Source: Eledone cirrhosa (taxonomy: Eukaryota). From it: DNA of 64,000 bases. Numbering within the stretch: position 1 is the first letter of the stretch; each line of letters begins with the position of its first letter. Made by a program: the position numbers and the translations under genes. Positions 44,215 to 56,395 of the stretch are shown piece by piece. The stretch lies in the NCBI GenBank assembly GCA_964016885.1, contig OZ024741.1:99200001-99264000 (forward strand), read 5' to 3'. The notes beneath the pieces are model-generated. The model was not told the DNA's origin, searched no databases, and saw nothing but the letters and a program-made list of their open reading frames with translations.

Positions 44215-45361
44215 ATGGGCCCAAACTATGCCAACCTTTTTGTTGGCCATGTTGAGGCCCAAATCTTTGCCCAGTACACCGGCCCCACACCCGAACTGTA
44301 CGGTCGTTACATCGACGACTGTATCGGAGCCACGACCCTCACCCGAGAACAGCTCGACTCCTTTCTCTCCTTCTTCTGCTCCTTCCACCCCTCCCTCCAC
44401 TTCACCACCTCTATCTCCACCACTCACGTCCATTCTTAGACATCTCCGTCGCCTTCGATCCCTCCCACCACTCCCTCTTCACCTCCGCCTTCTTCAAACC
44501 CACCGACCCCCACTCCTACCTCGACTTCACCTCTAACACTAAACACTCTATTCCCTACTCCCAACTCCTCAGGATCCGCCGCCTCTGTAGCCGAGATGCT
44601 GACTTTGAGTCCCAGGCCCTTTCCCTAGTCAGCCATTTCATCCGCAGAGGTTACCCCACCCCGTCTCTCGTCCACACCGCTCTCACCCGCGCCCTTGCTA
44701 TCCACCGCTCCACCACCCTCACCCCACGCCACCGCACACCCACCCACCGACTCCCCTTCCCCATCACCTACCACCCCTCCACCATACCCCTCAACCGCAC
44801 CATCCTCCCCTCTTCCGACGCCTCCAGTCCGACCCCTCCACCTCCCACATCTTCCCAGCCCCACCACTCCCCTCCTTCAAACGCGCACGCAATCTCCGCA
44901 CCCTCCTCGTCCACAGCTCCCTACCCCAACACACGCTCCCCCCGGGTTCCTTTCCCTGTTCCAGGCCCCGCTGCAACACATGTCCCCACATCACCAACAC
45001 CACCACCTTCCAGGGACCCAACGGCCACTCTCTCTCTGTCCGGCATGCCTTCCGCTGCACCTCCTCCAACCTAGTCTACGGACTTCGCTGCACTGAGTGT
45101 ATTGCGACTTACGTTGGACAGACTGAACGTCGCCTGGCGGACAGATTTACTGAACACCTCCGGGATATTCGTCTCGGTGGTAGTTCCCCCATCGCCCGCC
45201 ACTTTGGTGCCCCTGGACATTCCGCACACCACCTCACAGTCTGTGGCCTACTCCAATGCCACGGAACACCCACCACTCTCCTCAGGGTCGAACAACGAAC
45301 CATCTTCACCCTACAGACCCACATTCCCCCCGGCCTGAACTCCCCACCCTTATTCCTTTAG
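44215..45361 (+). pseudogene. PLE reverse transcriptase + GIY-YIG endonuclease (frameshifted)
   Basis: Spliced across frames: RYIDDC..FLDI..KPTD..IPYSQLLRIRRLCS..RGYP..CSRPRCNTC..NLVYGLRCTECIATYVGQTERRLADRFTEHL..GLN; stop at 45359-45361. Confidence 0.88.
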
Positions 45362-46583
45362 CCTTCGATCGCCCCCCTCCCCCCACACATATCCCCCACT
45401 AACACCACTAACACACCCCTCCTTCTCATCGCCCACCCCACAACTAACAATACTAACACCTCCACCCCACAACCGACCACCCTTCCCCAACTAACATACT
45501 AACATCCCTCCCCCCCCCCTCCTTATCACACGCACACACCCACCGGTACATATATACACGCGCTCACACTAAACACACACCCTACTACCACCACTAACCC
45601 TCACCCACACACATCCACCCCACCACCCCGCAACTAACATCACTAACACCCCCCGACCCCAAGCACACGAACACACACACCCACTTACACCACCCACTCT
45701 ACACGCAACTAACATCGCTAACACCCCCCAACCCTACGCACACGAACACACACACCCTCTTACACCACCCACTCTACACACCCTACCACCACTGACCCCC
45801 ACTCACACCCGCATTCAACCCTTTCTCCACCTCCAGTATCCTAACACCCACTAACACCCCCTTCACCACACACACACTCATCCAAACACGCACACACGCA
45901 CACACACACCAGTACACTACACTCCCTCCATCGGCCCCCACACCCTTCTCTCCCCGCTCCACCCACACCCTTTCTCAAACACACACACATCCCACTAACA
46001 CCTCTACTAATACACCCCCTCCTCACCCCAACTTTCACACCTACCCATCCTCTCCCCTGTCCATCGCACCTCCGCACACACTGACACACCGACTTTCTTC
46101 ACTTACCATTCTACCCTACTGCTGCTATGCCTCTCTGACCACCTCCCCGCACACACAGATACACAACCCTTCTCCTGCCTTGACCCTCTGACCACTTCCT
46201 GTTGCGCGCGCACCCCACATCTCCCCTCTTCCAACCAATCTCTTCACGGATTACACATATGTGAACCTTGATCCCGAGAATCCACTACATCCCAAGGATA
46301 TTACTCAGCATTCCACCACATCCTTTTACGGAATTACCTTAACGACTCACCCTCGGACATACACCCAAAATAATGTTTTTCCCCACACGCCACCTACATC
46401 CACAACACGCATAAACACCACACACACACGTGCGTACCACCACATATTTACACATTCAGCCTCCGGAATCCTCTCCCCCAACCCCTCTATCCACACAGGC
46501 ACACACACTCCGACTACACCCCCACCCCACACACACACCTCTTCCTGAACATGCAACCCCGTTCTTCCCCCAACTCTTACTTT

Positions 46584-46614
<31 letters not shown>

Positions 46615-46873
46615 GTACAGCTACACACACACACACCACCTTCAGCCCTCCCCGCTCGGACACCCCGTCTCCCTCTCCCCACTCCCCCCGCCTCTACCCC
46701 TACACGCCCCACACCTTTCCACCACCTGTTTTATTCCATGTGTATTTTTAATTTTATATTGATCATGCCTTTATATTTAATTTCATTTGTACCGTTTCCT
46801 CTCACCCCCTTTTTTCTATATGTCTCTCCACCACTCCCCTACACACCCTTGGAACTCTCTTCCCACACACTTT

Positions 46874-46910
46874 TCACCTGAAGAAGGGCTTATGCCCGAA
46901 ACGTCGTTCC
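46874..46910 (+). ncRNA. Minimal hammerhead ribozyme of the PLE terminal repeat
   Basis: CTGAAGA-AGGGC-TTAT-GCCC-GAAAC-GTC; stem I is weak. A decayed paralog of this terminus lies at ~55800-55970. Confidence 0.7.
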
Positions 46911-47148
46911 CCACCACCACCCCACTCTCAAGAGCGTGAAACTAATAAACCTTTGTTCGTACTGCCTCTCTGTTTTGTTCCCGTTCAATTTTTTACTATA
47001 TATATATATATATATATATATTCTAATTTCTAATTTCAAACTCGCGCACCGTTTCAAAAACATACTTACATGTTTACGTTTATAATTTGCTTGTTTATCA
47101 TTCACTTGCTAACTTCATAGCTTCTAATTCGAATGGAAGGAGATGGGG

Positions 47149-47217
47149 TGTGTATTGGTGTAATGGTAGCACAGTGGTCTGGATAACCAAAGATGTGGGT
47201 TCGACTCCCATGTACGA
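47149..47217 (+). pseudogene. tRNA-like sequence (pseudo-tRNA/SINE head)
   Basis: A-box TGGTGTAATGGTAG, B-box GGTTCGACTCC, anticodon-like stem TGGT/ACCA, weak acceptor stem. Confidence 0.6.
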
Positions 47218-47399
47218 ATCGCTGCTTTCACCCTTAACAGGATCTTTCAGAAGATCCCGTTAAGGGGAAAGCAGCGATTATTTGCTTAAACTTTAATCTG
47301 TTATTTTAATAAATATTTGCTCTACGGTTCTTATATGTTTGATATATATTTATCCTTATCGAGCCCTCTTTGGATTTTAGTCTTCAAATTTATTATTAT

Positions 47400-47429
<30 letters not shown>

Positions 47430-47436
<7 letters not shown>

Positions 47437-48232
47437 CATAAATGGCAATTTCTGTCTGTTTGTTTGTTTGTTAACCTAAAATTCAATAACTACCAAACCG
47501 ATCTTGATGAAACTTGACATGTGCGTGGAGGCTCATGCCCATTTGATTTCTTACGCATATTTCATTTTATTCAAAGGATTCCCCGGGGACTCAAACCCCC
47601 GCTGAAAACCCCACTTAATGTTTTCCCTTCGATTCATATGAAATTTAAACCATAGGTAAATGACTTGATGTGATACCTATTCACAAAATTTCAGCAAATT
47701 TCAATAATATTAAGACACCCTAATGGAGGTTAAGCCCCCTTATAGGTGAACATTTTGGCCAATTAAATGGAACAAGATTTCACGAACTCCTCCTATCGTT
47801 TTGGATAACCATATATATTCTGAAACTACATTGTCCAGGGTACTTGGATAAGTATATTTCATTTCAATCAAAGGGTTCCCCGAGGGCACAAAATCCCCGC
47901 TGAGAACCCCCGCTGAATTTTTTTCCCTTCGATTTATATGAAATTTAAACCATAGCTAAATGACAAACAAATTTCAATAATGTTAAGACACCCTTATGGG
48001 GGGTTCTATTTTTTTCCCTTATAGCAACACTCAACTTCTCTAACAAACATTTTTTCGCCTGACCAATGCAATCAACAATATTTGTTTGTATTATTGTTTC
48101 GTAAATGAATTTGTCTTCGCTTTTGATTATTTGTCTTATATTTTGATTTCATTTTTGGTATGAGAGGCATTGGACATTTTAATGGGAACTGGGAATACCC
48201 CCGCTCCCAGGTATTACCGGGTACCTCAGCTA

Positions 48233-48233
<1 letters not shown>
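47430..48233 (+). mobile_element. Non-autonomous Helitron-like element
   Basis: 5' ATAAA..(CTGT/TTGT)n..ACCGATCTTGATGAAACTTG; 3' short hairpin CCC..GGT..ACCGGG then CTAG|T; internal direct repeat ~47556-47735 / ~47855-48000. Confidence 0.7.
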
Positions 48234-48273
<40 letters not shown>

Positions 48274-48315
48274 ATAAGAAACGGAGAATCAGTGGTGCGA
48301 CGAATAAAATTTATT

Positions 48316-48412
48316 AGACATATTACAATCGTTTCTCTGGCGACCAGCTCGAGGCGCGATCGATGCAATGATCAAACCTGACTCCGAAATCGCAAGATCC
48401 TCAGATATGTCT
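48316..48412 (-). ncRNA. Type I hammerhead ribozyme with long stem II
   Basis: Reverse complement: AGACATAT-CTGAGGA-TCTTGCGA...TCGCCAGA-GAAAC-GATT-GTA-ATATGTCT, then AATAAA and (TA)n. Confidence 0.85.
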
Positions 48413-49220
48413 CGATTCTACGAAGCAGAGTTTCCAAAAACAACAATAGCAGCAGTAGCAGCAGCAGCAGCAGTAGCAGCAACAACAAGAACAGCAGTGA
48501 CACAGAAGCAGTAGCAGCAGTAGCAGCAGCAGTATGTATGTATATATATATATGCTGCTGTTACTGCTGCTACTGCTGCTGCTGCCATTGTTGTTCTTGT
48601 TGTTGCTGCTGCTGCTGCTACTGCCATTGTTGTTCTTGTTGTTGCTGCTACTCTCTGAGAATCCGTTTGATCTAAGTAAAAGAACAACCAATAATACTAC
48701 AACCAAACTCCTGATATAATATTTAGTAGGACATTGCTTTTTTTTTGTTTTTTAATCTTGTCACCCTCTCTCTCCTCCGAGATTTCTTCTTCACGTTGTT
48801 ATGTATACATCTATATTCTTATTTGGTTTTTGTAGTTTGGGGAGAAAAACGATGGCATCATTTGTAGTGTTGCTTCAGTTTGATCCAATAAAACTTTTGT
48901 CTTCAAATGATAATTATAGATCATAAGACGACTTTACACAAATGTCTTTATTTGCCGTACTAAACATACAGATTTAGAAACAAAACATAAACAAGAATTA
49001 GATATTTTAGTGAGAAGTTACAAAATATAACTAGTCTTCAATAATGTTCCTTCTATGTTTGACAGTTTTCCTTTATCAAGGGAATTAATTATTCATATTT
49101 TGGCGGCAATAACAGAAACAACAACATTCTTATGTTTTATCTTTGAAGATGTCGAAGAACCAATAAAATTCTATAAGCAACTTCGCGTTTACACCACACA
49201 TATAACACACTCATTCACAC

Positions 49221-49293
<73 letters not shown>

Positions 49294-49324
49294 AATATAT
49301 ATATATATAATATATATATAATAT

Positions 49325-49362
<38 letters not shown>

Positions 49363-49367
<5 letters not shown>

Positions 49368-50091
49368 TATGAAGAGAGAAGAAACATTTAGATATAATTA
49401 GTAATAAAATGTATCATACCTAAACTGTTCCTAAATTCCTCGACTACGTAGTTTCGTGGCATAAACAAAAACAATATATCAAAGATATAGAGTCCTTGCG
49501 AGGTCTGCCGACTTATCAAGAGGATACCTCATTTTACTAGTCTCAAGAACGCGTCTACACGACGTGAGAAAGAATCCCAAAAGGCGGAGGGGGAGATAGT
49601 CACGCGATATAACGGTCGAGAAACAGAGCTAAGCCTCTTATAACCACGTGTGTTTCTAAATGTATTAATAACTCCCTCTGGTCGAGCAATCTTTGAAGTG
49701 TGGGGACAACTGGAAAGCTTCCATTACTCATACTTCTCGCCTTCTTCACTACCTCTTCTACGGCCTCGATATGAATACCCCCTCCGCCTCCGTGGTATTT
49801 TTTTCGTGGTTATAAGAGGCTTAGCTCTGTTTCTCGACCGTTATATCGCGTGACTATCCCCCCCCCCCGCCTTTTGGGATTCTTTCTCACGTCGTGTAGA
49901 CGCGTTCTTGAGACTAGTAAAATGAGGTATCCTCTTGATAAGTCGGCAGACCTCGCAAGGACTCTATATCTTTGATATATTGTTTTTGTTTATGCCACGA
50001 AACTACGTAGTCGAGGAATTTAGGAACAGTTTAGGTATGATACATTTTATTACTAATTATATCTAAATGTTTCTTCTCTCTTCATAATGTA
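49363..50091. repeat. ~285-bp-arm inverted repeat carrying a variant hammerhead in each arm
   Basis: 49363-49648 is the near-perfect reverse complement of ~49805-50091; hammerhead fold at 49930-50017 (+) and 49437-49524 (-). Confidence 0.9.
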
Positions 50092-50251
50092 TTTTTAACT
50101 CTGATACTGGTTCAGTCTGGTTCAAACTGAATTGGTCTGTCCCAGTCATTCATTGAGCAACATCGGTGAAGTTGGCACCCTTAACTCACAGTTGGGTGCG
50201 GATGCATTCATGTATATATGTGTGTGTCCGCATGTATCTGTGTGTTTCTAA

Positions 50252-50312
<61 letters not shown>

Positions 50313-50351
50313 AATATATATATATATAATATATATATATATATATAATAT

Positions 50352-50432
<81 letters not shown>

Positions 50433-50640
50433 TGTGTGTGAGAGAGAGAGGGAGAAAGAGAGAGAGAGAGATCAGCGTTGCTTGGAAAAGTGATGACTCA
50501 GTGGATAATTGTAGATAAATAATAATTGCAACTCTGCATAAATATATTATTGAAACACGTTTATTTCAGTATGTGTGTGCATATGTGTATATGCTTGTAT
50601 GTGTTTCTGTGCGTGAGTGAGTGATTGATTGATTGAGTGA

Positions 50641-50843
<203 letters not shown>

Positions 50844-51187
50844 TGCTTTTGTTCCGTAACGTAGTAGTCTCACAAATAGAGATCGATATTAAGTAATAGA
50901 TTGAAATGTTCTGGCTGAAACACTTTAAGACGTACCACATGTATGACCGCAAACTAATCGAATATCTGAAATCAAATCAAGGACAATCTGATTTGTTGTT
51001 GTTTTTTTTTTCATTTGCTTCCATAAGACTGCGTTTGTTCCAAAGTATAGACGTCTCCCTTACTGAGAATCATTCATGCTGAACGCACGTCCTAAACATA
51101 GCTGGAACTGTAGCTCATTCGAACGAAGCCTTCCTCTCCACCACAACATTCTGGTTCTCTACAATGTTCAAGTGAAACCCACAAAAG

Positions 51188-51550
51188 AATAATTGTTTCT
51201 ACTTTTGGCAGAGGGCCAGCAATTATCCCAGTGTATTACTGGTACTTTATTTTATCGACCCCGTAAGGATGAAAGGCAAAGTTAACCTCGGCGGGATTTG
51301 AACTCAGACCATAAAGGGCCGTAACTCTTTGCTGCAAAGCATGGCGTCAGACCCTCTATCGATACTGCCAATCCACCGCAAAAGAATAATTGTTTCTACT
51401 GTTGGCACAATGCCAGCAAATACCCAGTGCATTACTGGTACTTTATTTTATCGACCCCGTAAGGATGAAAGGCAAAGTTAACCTCGGCGGGATTTGAACT
51501 CAGAATGGAAAGGGCCGTAACTCTTTGCGTGAAAGCATGGCGTCCGACCA
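51188..51550 (-). mobile_element. Tandem SINE pair
   Basis: Two near full-length copies, each preceded by CAAAAGAATAATTG. Confidence 0.9.
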
Positions 51551-51862
51551 ATACATCATAGACCGCATCTACAGAAACATGTCATATGTTTGATTGGTAT
51601 AAAACCTCTGACAGACAACAATTGAGGTATCAATCGAAAATGGAAGTGAGGGTAAAAAGAAGATGCTAAAAAGCCCAGTAAAATCTCATGAAATGCTAGT
51701 GATAGCGGTGAAATTCTTCTGGCTCAGTAGGCTTATTCTAACTATGAGACATTTGGTGTGTCAGAGTGATTCAGGGATGAGTATGGGGATACTTCTAATT
51801 ACACTGTGGTTTCTCCCTCTATTGGATAGCATTTGTTGTTCTTCTATTATTTATTACCTGTT

Positions 51863-52985
51863 TAATAATTGTTTCTACTTTAGGCACAAGGCCAGCAAAT
51901 TACCCAGTGCATTACTGGTACTTTATTTTATCAACCCCGTAAGGATGAAAGGCAAAATCAACTAATAATGATTTCTACTACAGACACAAGGCCAACAATT
52001 TGGGTGGAGGGGAAAGTCGATTAAATCGACCTGAGTGCATTACTGATACTTTATTTTATCGACCCCGTAAGGATGAAAGGCAAAGCTAATCTCGGTGGAA
52101 TTTGAACTCAAAACGTAAATGACCCTAACACTATGCCATGAAGCATGGTGGCATAGAGTTACGCCCATTACCAATACTGCCAATACACCGCCCTTATTAC
52201 CTATTTATTATTACTGGTATTCTCCCTGTTTCACTGACTCAATGTAAATACCACTCTGTTTCTTGCTTGCAGTTCCTCTGTATTTTGCCTTGTGGTCAAT
52301 TAAAAGAAATTAATCTTGTTGTTGTTAATATTATTTTCATCCTCATCCAGCATCAACATTATTATTATTATTATCAAGTGGCAGTATCGGTAGATGGTCG
52401 GACGACATGCTTAGCAGCATAGAGTTACGGCCCTTTACGGTCTGAGTTCAAATCCCACTGAGGTTAATTTTGCCTTCATCCATTCGGGGTCGATAAAATA
52501 AAGCACCAGTAATTCACTGGGATAATTGCTGGCCTTGTTCCAAAAGTAGAAACAATTATTATCAAGATTCCATGATCGCTTAGTTCTTAGACTGATGATG
52601 ACGTTTAATCCTCCAATCAAGTCAAATGACTACAGATCGAAAGCACTCTGTGGGGAATGTTCACAATTCTCAACAAAGCAGATTTTTGCGGAGTAGTTTT
52701 AAGGTAGTGAATTGGGAGTATCGGTAGAGCGTCGGGCAACATGTATTGTGGCATATAGTTATGGCCCTTTACGTTCTGAGTTCAAATCCAACCGATGATA
52801 TTTAGTCATTATTTAAGATGTAATATGATATACGGCAGCGAATTGGCAGAGTTGTTAAAACGTCGGATAGAATGATTTACAGTATTTGTTTCGACTCTCT
52901 GCTCTCTGAGTTCAAATCCCACCGAGGTCAAATTAACATTTTATCCAGTCGAGGTCGATAAAAAAAAGTACCAGTCTAATACTGT
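51863..52985. mobile_element. SINE cluster (minus copies 51863-52185; plus copies 52378-52562, ~52710-52800, ~52833-52985)
   Basis: Family body matches on both strands. Confidence 0.8.
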
Positions 52986-53868
52986 GGTCGATTCTTCCTC
53001 TATATCTCTTTCTTACTCCCATACTCTCACTCACTCTATTCTTCTCTGGAAGAGGTCTGCTGTATTCAAACCTGGAGAAGATTGGGCCCCGGCAGGTTCT
53101 TATAAAAGTGCCCTAGAAACGATATATGTTAATAAGGTGTCCCTACAACTCTCTCGGGATTCACGAGACCATGCATGCAATATGATATAATGGTAATTTG
53201 TCTACTGTTTCTAGCAGGTTGACCAATGATACAGCTGTTCTTGGTGAGCTACGTCATATAGTAGCAGCATATTCTATATTACATACATAACTTATGTCCA
53301 CTTGTTGGCTGAAGCTATGATAAATAACAACGTGGGATATATGAGGTTGTGCTGACACAATTCAGATAAGCAACAGAGACGTGAGACGATAATCTACTCT
53401 CTCACTCTCTCTCTCTATATATATATATATATTAATATATATCAAGCTCAACTATAATAATAATACCACTCCTGTCAGTAGTAGTCGTAGTAGTAGTAGC
53501 AGTAGTAGTAGTAGTAGTAGTCGTCGTCGTAGCAGTAGTAGTAGTAGCAGCAGCAGCAGTAGTAGTAGTAGTAGTAATGGTGGAATCGTAATGGCGCTGT
53601 TGTGACATATTGCATTTATACCTAGTGGAGCTCTCCAAATCGGGGCACAGCCAATTTCTTCCAGAGAAAGACAGAAAGAGAAAAAACCAAGTGAAGTGAG
53701 AAAGAGATATAGAGGAAGAATCGACTCCATGATGGTCTAATACTATATCTACCGTCCTCGGCACGATAGAAGGCATGGTTGACCGCCCCGCTATTTATAC
53801 GCAGAGCATATACTGTAAAGTATTTTATCCGTCATTGTCGAACACTAGTGTTTTAAAACAGGAATTGT

Positions 53869-53936
<68 letters not shown>

Positions 53937-54050
53937 CGCGAGAGAGAGGGGGTGAGAGAGGGGGAGAGAGAGAGAGAGAGAGAAACCAGCGTTGCTGATA
54001 TCAAGAGCTCAGCCGTCAGGTTCTGACTCTTTATTATATATATATATATA

Positions 54051-54440
54051 TCACCTTGACCGACCAGTCTGTCGGGCGTCCATTCGGCGCCGCTGGTCAC
54101 TGCACGCCGTCCATTCCTCTCTGGATCGTGCTTTCCTCATCCATGTAGTCCCAATCGTATTCTTAAAATCGTAACTCCACCCTCGTGGAGGCCTTCCGAG
54201 TGGTCGTTTCTGCTCGCGCGGGTACCACTCGGCAACTGCGCGGGTCCACCGATTATCGGTGAACCGGGCGACATGTCCAGCCCATCTGAACTTGCTGCGC
54301 ATATATTCCGTGGTGACGTCCCTCACGCCGGACTTCTGTCTAATGACTTCGCTCCTGATGTGCTCTCTCAACGAGATTCCTAACATTGATCTCTCCATGG
54401 CTCTTTGAGCCGTTACCAGCCTCTGTTCTTCTCTCTTCAC
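54051..54440 (-). pseudogene. RTE-clade LINE ORF C-terminal fragment
   Basis: AQRAMERSMLGISL..IRSEVIR..KFRWAGHVAR..RWT..W.PR..KRPLGRPP motif. Confidence 0.85.
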
Positions 54441-54587
54441 AGATATATACATATATGTGTTCAAATCGCAAGGGACCAGATTCGCTAAGGTGAAAGAATA
54501 TTAACTATAGACAATAGGATTTGCCTGTCTCAATTTAAGAAAAAATCAAGAAAATAAATACAAACCAGAATTGTGGTAACTACCAAT

Positions 54588-54663
54588 CACCCAGACAGCT
54601 CTTGGTGCTGTTTCGCAATATTAATTGTGAATAGAAATACCAATTCTTGCTCATCAGTGGGTG
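54588..54663 (-). ncRNA. Type I hammerhead ribozyme, complete stem III
   Basis: Reverse complement: CACCCA-CTGATGA-GCAA...TTGC-GAAAC-AGC-ACCAAGA-GCT-GTC-TGGGTG. Confidence 0.9.
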
Positions 54664-54899
54664 AAGAATTAGTATCCTAGACACTTCTAAGTATATTAAG
54701 GAACTGAATAGTGTGCTATATATAATAACGCACATGGTATCTTAGCGTGTCTCACAAACTTACACCACTAAAAATAGCAGCCAGGTTTATTCGACATTCG
54801 AAATAGCTCAACAAATTAACGGAGCCGAATATATCAAAGGTATTTATTGAGTTAGAAACTCAAAATAGTCTCTTACAATAAAATAGCTCTAAGAAAGAG

Positions 54900-54967
<68 letters not shown>

Positions 54968-54968
<1 letters not shown>

Positions 54969-55778
54969 ATATATACTCGTGTAAAAGTCGAATATTTTTT
55001 AGACAATATTTTAAGCTTAAATTTATGGGGTCAACTCTATTACATGGATAATATTGGCCTTGTGCCAAAAGTAGAATCAATTATTTTTAAGGGGCTTGAA
55101 ATTCAAGCTAGAATCCAAAGTACCGTATCAGTAGTAAAAACCTAACTGATCTCTCAACGAATGAAAACAAAAAACACAATGAATTAGAAATTAACTTAAT
55201 GTTTTTAGGTTCACCGAAGTCATGCCATTGTTACCAATTCAGACAGTAGTGTTTGCTAGTGTTCCCTGTCAGCGTTGTCTGAGAAACACGTTTCTCTCCG
55301 CGTAAACAGACAATAGGACGAGTGTTGACGCTTGTGTTTATTGTGTTTGTTGGGAATGAAAAAAATATAAAGGTTGTAGGCTTGCAGCACATCTTGTGCA
55401 TACACTTTAGTAATGGTGATGTGGTACCCTCCAACAGATGGGTAGCACTCGCTATTATATGGTGTTTTACTATAAGCACCGAGCATTCCGCTATAAGAAC
55501 CAAGCGTTGAAGCTTTATGGCAGGTTACAGTAAGGTAGGTACATGTTTGGATATTTTTTTAGTTTCAGACTTGTATTTGCAATAATATAAATTTGCTTTA
55601 AATTCATGGCGATTTCGTAACAGTGTTATTTCTACGTACAGGATGATACCTTGACCCACACATCTTTACCTGTTATCCGACAAGGGTCGACTTTAAACGA
55701 AGTCTATAGAAAATTCGAGATTTCTTGGCCCAAAATAGGGGGTCGACTTTTACATGAGATCGACTATTACTGAAATAT
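54968..55778. mobile_element. Decayed pogo/Tigger-like DNA transposon remnant
   Basis: Left TATATACTCGTGTAAAAGTCG; right GGGGTCGACTTTTACATGAGATCGACTATTAC; repeated GTCGAC subterminal motifs. Confidence 0.45.
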
Positions 55779-56098
55779 ATATATATATACATATATATCT
55801 TTTTCCACCACTCCCCCCTCACACCCTCTCAGAACTCCTATCGTTCGCACCATTCTCCTGATGAAGTCTTATGCCCAAAATATCGCTCCCATTCCCTACT
55901 TTCAAGCGTGAACCTAATACCTAACACCTTTCGTAATTGTACACCTTGTTGTTGTTATTTACTTTTCCAATATATATATATATATAATGTTTAATATATT
56001 ATAGAAATGGTTTTTACAGGACTGGAATTCTTTCTTTCAAAAGAAATCATCAAGAAAGCATATATATATAGAGAGAGACAAATAGATAGATAGATATA

Positions 56099-56327
56099 TT
56101 TCTTTATTAATTCTCCTTCTAAAGTGATACTTAAAGAAGGGAATCAATTGTTGTCCGGAGAGAAAAGCATCTGTCCTCAGTCCTCTCAATCTCGTCCACC
56201 ATATAACCTCTTTCACCATAGCCACTGTCCAGAGGAAAACCGCCTCTTTTTCGTTTTTGAAAGAGGCTGGCGGTTTGATCCTTACTATGGACTCGGCAGT
56301 CAACTGGATTTGTCCCATATGCGACAG
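56099..56327 (-). mobile_element. Internally deleted Tx1 fragment between (GATA)n tracts
   Basis: Near-duplicate of 56733-57049 without the insertion, joined directly to the AATAAAGAAA tail. Confidence 0.8.
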
Positions 56328-56334
56328 TAGTTGT

Positions 56335-56394
<60 letters not shown>

Positions 56395-56395
<1 letters not shown>

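Larger units (their letters stand above)
44205..46997 (+). mobile_element. Penelope-like element (Neptune-type), 5'-truncated, with long C-rich 3' region and hammerhead
   Basis: RT (MGPNYANLF, RYIDD, FKPTD), Cys-rich linker, GIY-YIG; terminal hammerhead + AATAAA, then (TA)n. Confidence 0.9.
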
